Positions 38,035 through 47,988 of a stretch of DNA of 64,000 nt are shown piece by piece. The stretch is from NCBI GenBank assembly GCA_965659745.1, contig CBFHXF010000005.1, forward strand, positions 7,913 to 71,912, written 5' to 3'. The stretch's first letter is position 1. Every line of letters begins with the position of its first letter. The DNA comes from Bacteroidia bacterium (GTDB lineage: Bacteria; Bacteroidota; Bacteroidia; NS11-12g; UBA955). The notes beneath the pieces are model-generated. The model ran no database searches. It saw only the letters and a list, made by a program, of their open reading frames with translations, and had not been told where the DNA came from. The translations under genes were made by a program, and so were the position numbers.

Positions 38035-40248
38035 ATGAAGTTTTATCCTAAGTTATGGCTCTCTTTTTTAGGCGCAATTGTATTGGCCTTGCTTTTCTTT
38101 TTCGGAGTATCTCTCGGACTTTTAGGCGAGATGCCGGAAATCGAAGACTTAGAAAACCCAAAAAACGCCCTAAGTTCTGAGGTAATTGGTTCTGATGGAG
38201 TGGTAATCGGAAAATTCTTCTTGGAAAATCGAACCAATGTAGGATTTGAAGAAATTAGTCCGAATGCCATTAATGCCTTAATTGCCACCGAAGACATTCG
38301 TTTTTACGACCACTCCGGAATTGACTTACGAGGAACCTTGCGTGCGTTTGCGAGCTTTGGTAGCGATGGCGGCGCGAGTACCATTACCCAACAGTTATCT
38401 AAAAATCTATTCAGCCGTTTTGAACGTCCGAGTGGTAAATTCGGCCGACTAGTTCAAAAACTAAAAGAGTGGGTAATCGCCGTAGAATTAGAAAAGCGGT
38501 ATACCAAAAAAGAAATCGTTGTCATGTATTTAAACACGGTACCGTTTTCGGGTATCTCCTTTGGTATCGATGCAGCTTCAAAAGAATTCTTCAATAAGAG
38601 ACCTATCGAATTAGATATCAACGAAGCGGCAACCCTTATAGGGATGTTGAAAGCCAATTGGAAATACAATCCCAAATACAACACAGAAAGTTCTTTAAGT
38701 CGCCGCAATGTTGTGTTGTCGCAAATGAAAAAATACGACTATTTGAGTTCGGATTCATTTCAACTTCTCAAAGAAAAACCCATCACTTTAAGATACCGAT
38801 CGGCATCGAGCTTGGGAATGGCTCCCTATTTTAAAACCCACTTGGGAAACCAACTTAAAGATTGGTGCAAAGAGCGTGGGTATAATTTGTATCGCAGCGG
38901 TCTTAAAATTTATACTACCATAGATTCCAAAATGCAAAGAGCCGCTGAAGATGCAGTAACGAAGCATTTAAGCGCTTTTCAGCCGCAATTTGTAAAGGCA
39001 TGGGGCAAAGACCTCCCTTGGCGGTATATCTCGAATCGGGCCGTAATTCCTAATTTTATTGAAGATGCCCTTCGTAAAACACCACGTTACATCAATTTAC
39101 GCGACGAATTCGGATACAGCCATGAAAAATGCATCGCCGAATTAAAAAAACCGGTAAGAATGACCATTTTCAGTTGGCAGGGCGATAAAGATACCCTTAT
39201 GAGCCCCTACGACAGCATGTCGTATATTAAAAAGGTATTACATGCCGGCTTCATTGCGGTAGATCCGAGCACCGGTTATGTGAAAGCTTGGGTGGGAGGT
39301 ATCAATCACCAGCATTTTAAATACGACCACGTAAACAGAAGAGCCAAACGTCAAGTGGGTTCAACGTTCAAGCCCATTATATACGCCACCGCTATTGACA
39401 TCAATAAGTTTACGCCGTGCACCGAATTCCCCCGAGAACGTACAGTTTTCATTTCAGGAGGTAAAGAATGGTCGCCCAAAAACTTCGACGGTAAAGAAGG
39501 CGGTATTTGGCCCATTTGGAAAGGTTTGGCATTATCTGATAACTTAATTACGGCGCAAATCATGAAATCTTTAGGTGAAAATGGTCCTGATTTGGTGGTT
39601 CAATTTGCCGAGCGTGTGGGTATTGATAAAGACCAGGTGCCCCGGGTGCCATCAATTAGTTTAGGAACGGTTGAATTATCGCCTTTTGAAATGGCCTCGG
39701 CTTACAGTGCTTTTGTTAATAAAGGATTGTGGATAGAGCCCACTTATATTACGCGAATTGAAGATAAAGACGGCAACGTAATTGAAGAGTTTGAGACCCC
39801 AAAACACGATCAAGTACTGGATGCCGAAAAGGCCTATACCATGTTACAATTATTAAAACGGGTGGTAGACCGAGGAACGGCATTCGGAATGAAAGGCCGA
39901 TACGAAATCGAAGGCGATATTGGCGGTAAAACCGGAACCACTCAGGGAGCAGCCGATGGTTGGTTCATGGGAGTAACCAATGATTTGGTGTGCGCCACAT
40001 GGGTAGGTGCCGACGATCCAACGGTTCGCGTGAGGTACTCAAGTATGGGACAAGGAAGCAAAATGGCGATGCCAATTTTCGGCGAGTTCATGAAAACGCT
40101 TCAACATGATAAAACAATTAATTACATGGCCAAGCCCTTTGAAGCTCCGCCAGGAATGGATATCGGAGCCTTGTTCGATTGCGCACGCCAAAACAAACCC
40201 AAAGCACAAATTGGGGGCGATTTGAATGTGAGCGGCTTGGGCGACTAA
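38035..40248 (+). CDS. mrcA: Penicillin-binding protein 1A (bifunctional transglycosylase/transpeptidase)
   Basis: GT51 motifs (ATEDIRFYDHSGID, GASTITQQL), transpeptidase STFKP and KTGTT. Confidence 0.93.
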   Translation: MKFYPKLWLSFLGAIVLALLFFFGVSLGLLGEMPEIEDLENPKNALSSEVIGSDGVVIGKFFLENRTNVGFEEISPNAINALIATEDIRFYDHSGIDLRGTLRAFASFGSDGGASTITQQLSKNLFSRFERPSGKFGRLVQKLKEWVIAVELEKRYTKKEIVVMYLNTVPFSGISFGIDAASKEFFNKRPIELDINEAATLIGMLKANWKYNPKYNTESSLSRRNVVLSQMKKYDYLSSDSFQLLKEKPITLRYRSASSLGMAPYFKTHLGNQLKDWCKERGYNLYRSGLKIYTTIDSKMQRAAEDAVTKHLSAFQPQFVKAWGKDLPWRYISNRAVIPNFIEDALRKTPRYINLRDEFGYSHEKCIAELKKPVRMTIFSWQGDKDTLMSPYDSMSYIKKVLHAGFIAVDPSTGYVKAWVGGINHQHFKYDHVNRRAKRQVGSTFKPIIYATAIDINKFTPCTEFPRERTVFISGGKEWSPKNFDGKEGGIWPIWKGLALSDNLITAQIMKSLGENGPDLVVQFAERVGIDKDQVPRVPSISLGTVELSPFEMASAYSAFVNKGLWIEPTYITRIEDKDGNVIEEFETPKHDQVLDAEKAYTMLQLLKRVVDRGTAFGMKGRYEIEGDIGGKTGTTQGAADGWFMGVTNDLVCATWVGADDPTVRVRYSSMGQGSKMAMPIFGEFMKTLQHDKTINYMAKPFEAPPGMDIGALFDCARQNKPKAQIGGDLNVSGLGD

Positions 40249-40264
40249 TTTTTTTATGAAACCG

Positions 40265-40295
40265 TTGCAGATATGCGATAATTGTATTATTTTTG
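40265..40295 (+). promoter_or_regulatory. Bacteroidota sigma-A type promoter for rpmE2
   Basis: TTG at 40265-40267, then 20 nt, then TATTTTTG at 40288-40295. TATTTTTGCAGTCCTTT is identical to the tRNA-Cys promoter region. Confidence 0.5.
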
Positions 40296-40320
40296 CAGTC
40301 CTTTTAATAAGAAATCATTT

Positions 40321-40569
40321 ATGAAACCCGAAATACATCCAGGAAGTTACCGTAAAGTGGTATTTAAAGACATGAGTTGCGACTTTACATTTTTGACCCA
40401 AAGTTGTGTGGATACCAAGGAAACTATCCAGTGGGAAGACGGCAATGAATATCCTTTGTATAAATTGGAGATTTCTTCGGCCTCTCACCCTTTCTATACT
40501 GGTAAGCAGAACCTTATCGACACTGCAGGTCGTATCGATAAATTCCGCAAACGTTACGCAAAGAAATAA
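40321..40569 (+). CDS. rpmE2: 50S ribosomal protein L31, type B (zinc-independent)
   Basis: [15 protein letters not shown]..., HPFYTGKQ, 82 aa, lacks the CxxC pair. The ORF track start at 40282 is too long. Confidence 0.9.
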   Translation: MKPEIHPGSYRKVVFKDMSCDFTFLTQSCVDTKETIQWEDGNEYPLYKLEISSASHPFYTGKQNLIDTAGRIDKFRKRYAKK

Positions 40570-40590
40570 TATTTTATTATTGGTGATAAA

Positions 40591-40624
40591 AAAGGGGAGC
40601 TTGTTGAATGGGCTCCTTTTTTTA
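40591..40624 (+). terminator. Probable rho-independent terminator after rpmE2
   Basis: AAAAGGGGAGC-loop-GCTCCTTTTTTT. The GC core is short (5-6 bp) and is followed by a T-run. Confidence 0.5.
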
Positions 40625-40765
40625 TGTCCCTACTCTACTCGTTATTGCCATTTTTGATCCAATCGAATATAAAAGCAGCTATCTGCGGATGAAATTATTT
40701 TAGGGCTCAGGGAATTCTGATAATCCCATTTAGTGCAAGTACATATTTACACTTAAATTCGCAGA

Positions 40766-41932
40766 ATGATAATCCGCTTTTTTGAAGACCCCAATAATCA
40801 CGATTTATTACCCTTAACAGCCACCAGACCTGCCGCAGCGTTACGCGTGGGTATCTTAACTATTGCTGAAAAATGGTCGCACTTGTTAAAAGCGGATTCT
40901 ATAGGCTACCTCACGAAAGATTATTTACAAACCCGTTTCACAGATGTTAATGCCCAAATAAATATAACGGGCAATTTACTTCCAAACGATTTACTTGTTA
41001 AGGCAATTAAAGCGTTGGGGGAAAATGAATCCCTCATTCACGGAGACGACGATTGTTTGGCCTACACCGGTAGCGGCGAGAATAGGGTTATTTTTGAAGG
41101 TGAGGTACAGCGCATTACTCGTCCATTTCATATTTTCAAGCACAACGGAGCTCAAATCACAGACGACTTCAACCAAATTACAAAAAATCGGCAGAGCATA
41201 CCCCTATCTCCTACGAATACTGTTATTGGCAATCATCCTGTATTTCTTGAAGAAGGGGCGCAGGTGGAATGTTGCATTTTCAACACGCAACAAGGCCCTA
41301 TATATATAGGTAAGAATGCGCAAATAATGGAAGGCAGCATCGTTCGAGGTCCGTTTGCAATGGGAGAAGGATCCAATATAAAAATGGGTAGCAAGATTTA
41401 TGGCGACACTACATTAGGTCCTTATTGCAATGTAGGTGGTGAAGTAAACAATGTGGTTTTCCAAGGGTATAGTAACAAAGGACACGATGGTTTTTTGGGC
41501 AATGCCGTTTTAGGCGAATGGTGTAATATCGGTGCCGACACCAATGCATCCAACCTTAAAAATACCTACGATGAGGTGAAAGTATGGAATTATACCAGTA
41601 ACAGATTTGAGAAAAGCGGCGAACAATTTTGTGGTTTGATTATGGGTGATCACAGCAAATGCGGCATAAATACCATGTTTAATACAGGAACCGTGGTGGG
41701 TGTTGGATCTAATATTTTTGGATCTGGATTTCCGCGACAATTTGTCCCTGATTTTGCCTGGGGCGGAGCTTCTGGATTTGTTACGCACAAGTTGCCACAA
41801 ATGGAAAAAACCGCTCAACTGATGATGCAACGCAGAAAGCGCGATTACGACTCGGAAGAAATGGAAATCATTCGCGCCGTTTTCGAATCCACCCAAGAAC
41901 ACCGTACTTGGGAACGCGAAACGGAAAGTTAA
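40766..41932 (+). CDS. GlmU-like sugar nucleotidyltransferase with left-handed beta-helix domain
   Basis: N-terminus LLPLTATRPAAALRVGILTI (NTP_transferase-like) and C-terminal hexapeptide repeats (GDTTLGPYCNVGGEVNNVVFQGYSNKGHDGFLGNAVLGEWCNIGA). Confidence 0.7.
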   Translation: MIIRFFEDPNNHDLLPLTATRPAAALRVGILTIAEKWSHLLKADSIGYLTKDYLQTRFTDVNAQINITGNLLPNDLLVKAIKALGENESLIHGDDDCLAYTGSGENRVIFEGEVQRITRPFHIFKHNGAQITDDFNQITKNRQSIPLSPTNTVIGNHPVFLEEGAQVECCIFNTQQGPIYIGKNAQIMEGSIVRGPFAMGEGSNIKMGSKIYGDTTLGPYCNVGGEVNNVVFQGYSNKGHDGFLGNAVLGEWCNIGADTNASNLKNTYDEVKVWNYTSNRFEKSGEQFCGLIMGDHSKCGINTMFNTGTVVGVGSNIFGSGFPRQFVPDFAWGGASGFVTHKLPQMEKTAQLMMQRRKRDYDSEEMEIIRAVFESTQEHRTWERETES

Positions 41933-41936
41933 AATA

Positions 41937-42602
41937 TTATAGATCGATCAATTCTATCTGATTTCGCTGTAGGCTTAACAGATTTCTTTGTTCCATTTTC
42001 TTTAATAGCCTTGATATGACTTCCCGAGAGGTGTTCAAATCATTGGCCACGCTTTGGTGGGAAATGTGTAATACCTTTGACTTGGCTTTTTGAGATTCTT
42101 TTTTAAGATAGAATTCTAGTCTTTCATCCATGCCCCGAAAAGCAACGCTATCGAGCACTTCCAATACCTCTTCAAAGCGATTTCTGTAGGTATTGATTAC
42201 AAATTCTTGCCAGCTTCGGTATTCGCGCACCCATTGGTTTACTTTTGCCATTGGAATCATTAACACCTCTGAATCTTCTACAGCAACACCCATAACTTGG
42301 CTCTGTTCTTGGTGCCTTAGACACGACATCGACATGGCACATGCTTGTCCACTTTGAAGGTAATACAAGAAAAACTCACCGCCCTCATCTCCTTCTCTAT
42401 AGATTTTTATGGCACCCCGCAATACGACCATCGCAGAGGTGAGATGTTGTCCCGTTCTTACTAAAACATCGCCAGATTGAACTTCTTTAACTTCACTAAA
42501 TTCGCTTATTTGCTCAAGTAATTCGGGTTCTATATCAGGAAATTTTAATTTTAAATGTTCGGGGGCAATTTTCATAAAAGCGAATATCGCATTTTTTTTC
42601 AA
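41937..42602 (-). CDS. Crp/Fnr family transcriptional regulator
   Basis: cNMP-binding beta-roll (GDVLVRTGQ.., EGDEGGEFFLYYL) and a C-terminal HTH (SHQSVANDLNTSREVISRLLKKM). Confidence 0.85.
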   Translation of the reverse strand: MKKNAIFAFMKIAPEHLKLKFPDIEPELLEQISEFSEVKEVQSGDVLVRTGQHLTSAMVVLRGAIKIYREGDEGGEFFLYYLQSGQACAMSMSCLRHQEQSQVMGVAVEDSEVLMIPMAKVNQWVREYRSWQEFVINTYRNRFEEVLEVLDSVAFRGMDERLEFYLKKESQKAKSKVLHISHQSVANDLNTSREVISRLLKKMEQRNLLSLQRNQIELIDL

Positions 42603-42675
42603 ATTGAAAGAGCCTTATCGATGAAGAAAATATAAAATTCGCTTCTTACCATACCCGCAATAAGAATAACCAATT

Positions 42676-42722
42676 TTGGTGAATTATAAATTCCTCACCA
42701 AATCTCAAATAATTCTCACCAA
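42676..42722. promoter_or_regulatory. Candidate operator: TTGGTGA-N12-TCACCAA inverted repeat plus a second AATTC(C)TCACCAA copy 21 nt downstream
   Basis: TTGGTGA at 42676-42682; TCACCAA at 42695-42701 and 42716-42722. Lies in the divergent intergenic region between the Crp/Fnr gene and the lipoprotein gene. Confidence 0.3.
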
Positions 42723-42816
42723 TAATTTAATGGGTTTCACAAATAAATAAGATTTTATTAAAGCCTAAAATTGTAACTTTGTGTAATATTTCTTATTGTC
42801 ATCAAATCACATCTCT

Positions 42817-44889
42817 ATGAATTTTCTACGATTATCTACTATCATGCTTGTCGTTTTGGCTATTTCTTGTAAAAAGAATGACGTAAACTTCGACAAGTAT
42901 AACAACACCAAAATCAAGCCTGAAGTACTTACTCCTTTGGCAAATGCCCGAATTGTGGCTGGAGATTTACTCAAACAAGACAGTATTATAAAATACGACC
43001 CAGACGGATTGATTCGTCTGACGTTTACCCAAGATTCGGTTTTTGTGATGGATGCTCAGGAAATTTTAAAAGATGTATCTCTTGGGAAAAGTTCTTCTCG
43101 ATTCAGCATTGGGGCTTTAACCGTCGCTAGTGTTGAAGAAAACTCTAGCGTGAGTCTTAACGATTTATTAGCAGGAGCCACCCAACAAGAACGCGATTTC
43201 TTGAATTTCATTGATGGCAAAAAGGATACATTCCCAGCAATTAGCGCGAGTAAACCCGATATCACGGCCTTAGCGGTAAACAACGAATACGAATACCTAA
43301 AAATCTCTGAAGGCTATCTGGTTTTTACCGTGCGTAACGGATTTCCCACATTTTTAAGCGACTTAGAGATTGGAATTTACGACAGCGTAAGTCAACCCAA
43401 TCCTGTGCTTTTAGGAACTGTTAAATTTTCTAATTTAGCGCCCGATGCGTTTGCAAAAGACAGTATTAATATAGGCAACCGTATTTTGAGCAACGCCCTT
43501 GGTTATGCGGTACCCGTTTCCGAAATAGCGAAAAGTACCGACTCGGTCCTTATCAATCTTAATGATAAAATAGACATTACCGTTACATATTCTAACCTTA
43601 CGTGTATCGGAGGAAAGGCAATACTGCCAGCACAACAAATTCCAACGGAACAATTGAGTATCGACTTATCAGATCCAAATGTGGATGCACAATTAAGGAA
43701 CATTGAATTTGCAAGTGCCCTGCTCCCCATCAAAACCACCTCTACTATTAATACAACCGTGGTAGTAGATTTAGATCTACCCGATGCGAGCATTAGTGGA
43801 AGTCCGATCGGTACTTTAAACATCAATGCACCCACAGGGGTTACCAATTCTCAGTTAGACTTAAGTAACGCCAATATTTTCTTAGGAAACGATCCTAACA
43901 AGGATCATAACATGTTGCGTTTGGCGGTTTCTACACAAATATTAGCGAGTGCTGGAATGGTAGAATTCGATTCATCAGATTATATTGAGATCGAATTTGA
44001 TGCCTCACCAGCAAAATTTGAATATTTAGATGGTTATTTAGGACAAGATACCTTCGATATTTCTATCAACGATTTAGACGTAAGCCAACTTGCAGAATTA
44101 GGGCGCGGCATCCGCATGGAAAATCCTAAAATGCGTATTTACGTGAACAACTCATTTGGTATACCTATTTTGGTAGAATTGGATATTACTTCCAAAGACG
44201 AACAAGGCAATGAATTGCCCATGAACGTGCAAAACATGAACTTCCCCTACCCTTCTATAGCCGAAAGAGGTACGGTTAAAAACGAAACCTTCGAGATCAA
44301 TAAAAACAACTCCGACATCGTGGAATGTTTGGGAATGCCGGCAGTACTATTTGATATCAAAGGCCGTGCTATTATGAATCCCGACGGATTCACAGGCTAT
44401 ACCAATCACATTACCCAGAGTAGCGCCATCGATTTAGGTTTTGATGCCGATATCCCAATGACCTTTACCGCACAAAACTTTGCGTATGTAGATACCCTTG
44501 ATCAAGGAAGTGCCCTGCAAGGTTTGGCCGATTTTGATCTATTAGAACTTAAAATAAAAACCATAAATGGATTCCCATTAGGTGGAACCTTAGATTTAAT
44601 CTTTACCGATTCCGCCTATAAAGTAATCGATTCATTAACCGAAGTTACTTTATTGCTATCGGCAGTGGTAGATACCGATGGAAAAATCACCAGCACATCC
44701 GAAAACATGAGCACCTTTTTAATGCCTGGAACCATGTTAGATAAACTAGATGCGAGAAAGTGCGAATATATTTTCATTCGAACGAATTTCAATTCATATG
44801 ATAATGGCAAAGTGCCTGTAAGTATCTACACCAGCTGTGCCTTAGATGTTTCATTGGCGTTCCGCGCTATTTACACCACCGAATTATAA
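42817..44889 (+). CDS. Large uncharacterised lipoprotein (~690 aa)
   Basis: Start MNFLRLSTIMLVVLAISCKKND (lipobox). Beta-rich, with no motif I can assign to a family. Confidence 0.6.
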   Translation: MNFLRLSTIMLVVLAISCKKNDVNFDKYNNTKIKPEVLTPLANARIVAGDLLKQDSIIKYDPDGLIRLTFTQDSVFVMDAQEILKDVSLGKSSSRFSIGALTVASVEENSSVSLNDLLAGATQQERDFLNFIDGKKDTFPAISASKPDITALAVNNEYEYLKISEGYLVFTVRNGFPTFLSDLEIGIYDSVSQPNPVLLGTVKFSNLAPDAFAKDSINIGNRILSNALGYAVPVSEIAKSTDSVLINLNDKIDITVTYSNLTCIGGKAILPAQQIPTEQLSIDLSDPNVDAQLRNIEFASALLPIKTTSTINTTVVVDLDLPDASISGSPIGTLNINAPTGVTNSQLDLSNANIFLGNDPNKDHNMLRLAVSTQILASAGMVEFDSSDYIEIEFDASPAKFEYLDGYLGQDTFDISINDLDVSQLAELGRGIRMENPKMRIYVNNSFGIPILVELDITSKDEQGNELPMNVQNMNFPYPSIAERGTVKNETFEINKNNSDIVECLGMPAVLFDIKGRAIMNPDGFTGYTNHITQSSAIDLGFDADIPMTFTAQNFAYVDTLDQGSALQGLADFDLLELKIKTINGFPLGGTLDLIFTDSAYKVIDSLTEVTLLLSAVVDTDGKITSTSENMSTFLMPGTMLDKLDARKCEYIFIRTNFNSYDNGKVPVSIYTSCALDVSLAFRAIYTTEL

Positions 44890-44900
44890 AGATATTCCAC

Positions 44901-46913
44901 ATGAAAAAACTCAGCCTATTTTTAATAGTTGCCGCTAGCATTGCAGGTGGATTGAAAGGCCAAGCCTTTTACGAATTCAACAACCGTCATCTCTCCCAAT
45001 CGCATTTGTGGAATCCCGGTTTTATGCCCCAGTATAAAGCCACCCTTTCCGTTGGACAAACCTATATCGGAGCCAACCTTGTGGGCACTACCCTTAATGG
45101 TCTCTTTGGAAGCAGTGAAACGCCTTTGCAAACCGTTACACGTATGATTGGAGAAGAAGACAAGCAAATGGGAATGGATTTATATCAGCAAACCGATATT
45201 TTTCATTTTGGCTTCCGAAGTAAAAAATCGTATTTCTCTATCAACAGCACTTTAGTAAATGAAGCCGCTATTCGGGTTCCTAAAGATTTACTTGGACTTG
45301 CCTTTTTAGGAAACGGTGCTTTTATCGGCAACGATGCCGATATCGATTTTTCAGGAAATCAAATTCGCTCCTACCTGAAAAATACCTTTAGTTATGGGCG
45401 TTTTTTAACCAATGAATTATCGGTTGGGGTGAATGCGTCTTTAATTAATGGAATTAGCGATTTAAATATTGAACAAGCGCGCTTTGGTATTGGCACCGAT
45501 ACTGGAACGGCTTCTATCTATTCCTTAAAGTTAAACGGAGCCTTGAACGGTCGCGCCTCCCTATTAGGAGTGGATGTAGAGGATGCCTTGAACGACTCTG
45601 CATACGACGCCAACCAAACCGTTATGGACCAATTGAACCAAATTTCTATGGGAACTAATCAAGGATACGCCTTCGGATTTGGTGCGGTATATCGCTTGAA
45701 TGAAAAGTTCAGATTTTCCTTAGCGGTTCAAAACTTAGGGAGCATTGTTTGGAATTTAGGGGCTCAGGAAATTAAAATGAATGAATCTGAGTGGGTTTGG
45801 AATGGTTTAGATACCAATCAGATTGATAATTTCAACGACGATATCGCGCAGCAAATTCAAGATACCTTTTTGAATAAATTTGACATTCGCGGCTCTAAAA
45901 TTGAATCTTATACTACCCAACTAAAACCTCGATATACCTTAGGTGCCGAATTCTTACTATTGCCAAGAACCCATATTCAAGCTTTTGGTGGTTATGGCTT
46001 TGGCATAAACGGAGATAAAAGCTTTATAAGCACCACCGTGCACCAAGAGTTAGGCGAATGGGTTGACCTTCGCGTGGGATATTCCTTATACGACGTAGCC
46101 AATCCCGTGCATAGAGTTGGCTTGGGATTGAGTCTGAATTTAGGTCCCCTTCAAATATTTGGTTCTGTGAATGACATTTTAGGTATCGTAAACTACGGAA
46201 CTTCTAATGTCACTTCCGGAATGGTGGGTGTAAATATCAACATAGGAAGACGCAAAGACCGCGATTACGATGAGGTTCCAGACAAACGCGACAGTTGTTA
46301 CAAAACGTTTGGGGTTATCAGTAATGACGGCTGTCCTTACGGTTTCTTGGGTGGATCTATGAGCTATGACGAAGAAGAGTTAGAAATAACTACAGAAGAA
46401 ATTGAAATAGCCGCTCCTAGTGATGATGCTACCGAAGAATCACAACCCGCTCCTTCAAAAAAGTCGCCTAAAAAACAAATTGATTCTCAAATGCCAGATG
46501 CTGAAGAAGCAGGCGAAACAGCAATAGAAGTTGTATCCGAAGAAGCCGAAGAAACTGCAATAGATTTTCCATCTGAAGTAGAAAAAGAAGCTACAGAAAC
46601 CGAACCCAAAAAGGCTGCAGCTGCGGCTAAAACCGTAGAAAAGGTTATTGCAGCAGCAGAAGAAACAACCACAGAAAAAACGCCTTCTATGGAAGACCCT
46701 TCTACTATTGCTCCTTCGGACACGGCTATTATTTCGACACTAGATTCTGCTCAAATTTCAAATTTGCGCGATTCAAGTGTATCTACCACAGATAGCACCA
46801 TAAAAGAATCTGCACCTATTAAAACGCCTAATAAACCGGCACCAACTGACAAAAGCAAGCCCAAAAGTAAGGCCATCAAAAACGAAGATTTAGAAGAGTT
46901 AATGAAGCGCTAA
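44901..46913 (+). CDS. Uncharacterised outer-membrane beta-barrel protein with TSP3-like motif and ~200-aa disordered acidic/PT-rich tail
   Basis: Signal peptide (..LKGQA). ~440 aa of alternating beta-strand pattern; the N-terminal LSQSHLWNPGF weakly resembles the PorP/SprF start. Also has DRDYDEVPDKRDSC and a low-complexity E/A/T/S/P/K tail. Confidence 0.55.
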   Translation: MKKLSLFLIVAASIAGGLKGQAFYEFNNRHLSQSHLWNPGFMPQYKATLSVGQTYIGANLVGTTLNGLFGSSETPLQTVTRMIGEEDKQMGMDLYQQTDIFHFGFRSKKSYFSINSTLVNEAAIRVPKDLLGLAFLGNGAFIGNDADIDFSGNQIRSYLKNTFSYGRFLTNELSVGVNASLINGISDLNIEQARFGIGTDTGTASIYSLKLNGALNGRASLLGVDVEDALNDSAYDANQTVMDQLNQISMGTNQGYAFGFGAVYRLNEKFRFSLAVQNLGSIVWNLGAQEIKMNESEWVWNGLDTNQIDNFNDDIAQQIQDTFLNKFDIRGSKIESYTTQLKPRYTLGAEFLLLPRTHIQAFGGYGFGINGDKSFISTTVHQELGEWVDLRVGYSLYDVANPVHRVGLGLSLNLGPLQIFGSVNDILGIVNYGTSNVTSGMVGVNINIGRRKDRDYDEVPDKRDSCYKTFGVISNDGCPYGFLGGSMSYDEEELEITTEEIEIAAPSDDATEESQPAPSKKSPKKQIDSQMPDAEEAGETAIEVVSEEAEETAIDFPSEVEKEATETEPKKAAAAAKTVEKVIAAAEETTTEKTPSMEDPSTIAPSDTAIISTLDSAQISNLRDSSVSTTDSTIKESAPIKTPNKPAPTDKSKPKSKAIKNEDLEELMKR

Positions 46914-46917
46914 TCGC

Positions 46918-47988
46918 TTATCCTTTTTGAATTAGATTCGCTCCCAAAATCGGAATAATAATTCCGGAATCTTGAGTGAGCGTCTTGATTTTTTCGAGCT
47001 CTCGTTGGGGTTTCCCAATGGGTTCATCGCTCAAATCAAATGTTCCATAGTGCATGGGGATGAAATACTTGGCATTTAGATCTTTAAAGGCTTGATACGA
47101 CTTACTCGGACTCGAATGGTTGTCTTCCATGAACCATTCGGGTTCGTAAGCGCCTATTCCCAATATGGCATAATCAATTTGAGGAAATAATTTGGCAATG
47201 TCTTTATAGTGTGAGCCGTAACCCGAATCGCCACCAAAATAAATAGTCAAATCTCCAATCTTTAATATAAACGAACCCCATAAACGCTGATTCGTATCGG
47301 TTAGGCCTCGTTTAGCCCAATGCCGGGTAGGCAAAAAATACAACTCGAAACCCTCTGTTTTGTATTGCTGATACCAACCCGCCTCTTGTCCCTCGGCTCC
47401 TTTTAAAAAGTCTTTGAGGATCCCCGTCATATTCAATCCCGTAAAATATTGCATTTCAGGATTGAATTTGATCATCTTACGCAAGCTTGCTTTATCGCAA
47501 TGGTCGCGATGATCGTGCGACATTAACAAGTACGATGTTGAAGGTATTTCTGAAGGCTCAATAGGTAATTTTGACCACCTCCTAATAACAGCCGCCCTTT
47601 TGAAAACAGGATCTGTGATAAATTGTATTCCATTAACTCTTATAATAAAGGTAGCATGTCCGAGCCAATAGATGCCATTTTCTTTACCTTCTTTTAATGA
47701 AGTCAAATCTTCTGCAATTGGCAAACGGAAGGTATCTTGTTTTTTCTCTTGTTCGTAAGGATTCTTTTTACTTTTCCATCGCCATACATCTGAGAAATCC
47801 TTAGACATAGGAAATTCATGATTTTGATACATTTTTTTTTGTATCGGATTTCCTGTCCAGTTGAGCAGGGTATCCACTCCTTTAATAAAAGGAATATTCG
47901 GATTGTAAGACGGTAGTTTTTTGGACATTTCGCAAGAACTTATAAAACAAAAAATTGCAATTATTGCATTACGCATGGGTTTCGGCAT
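46918..47988 (-). CDS. MBL-fold metallo-hydrolase (NAPE-PLD-like), lipoprotein
   Basis: HxHxDH motif LLMSHDHRDHCD. The N-terminus IFCFISSC looks like a lipobox. The start overlaps the mfd 3' end. Confidence 0.8.
   Translation of the reverse strand: MPKPMRNAIIAIFCFISSCEMSKKLPSYNPNIPFIKGVDTLLNWTGNPIQKKMYQNHEFPMSKDFSDVWRWKSKKNPYEQEKKQDTFRLPIAEDLTSLKEGKENGIYWLGHATFIIRVNGIQFITDPVFKRAAVIRRWSKLPIEPSEIPSTSYLLMSHDHRDHCDKASLRKMIKFNPEMQYFTGLNMTGILKDFLKGAEGQEAGWYQQYKTEGFELYFLPTRHWAKRGLTDTNQRLWGSFILKIGDLTIYFGGDSGYGSHYKDIAKLFPQIDYAILGIGAYEPEWFMEDNHSSPSKSYQAFKDLNAKYFIPMHYGTFDLSDEPIGKPQRELEKIKTLTQDSGIIIPILGANLIQKG

Noticed and set aside
41510-41902. 130-aa ORF antisense to the GlmU-like gene, and the 114-aa ORF (43503-43847) antisense to the lipoprotein gene.
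   Set aside because: Both are nested antisense in longer ORFs with coherent domain structure. Neither has independent start context or motifs.
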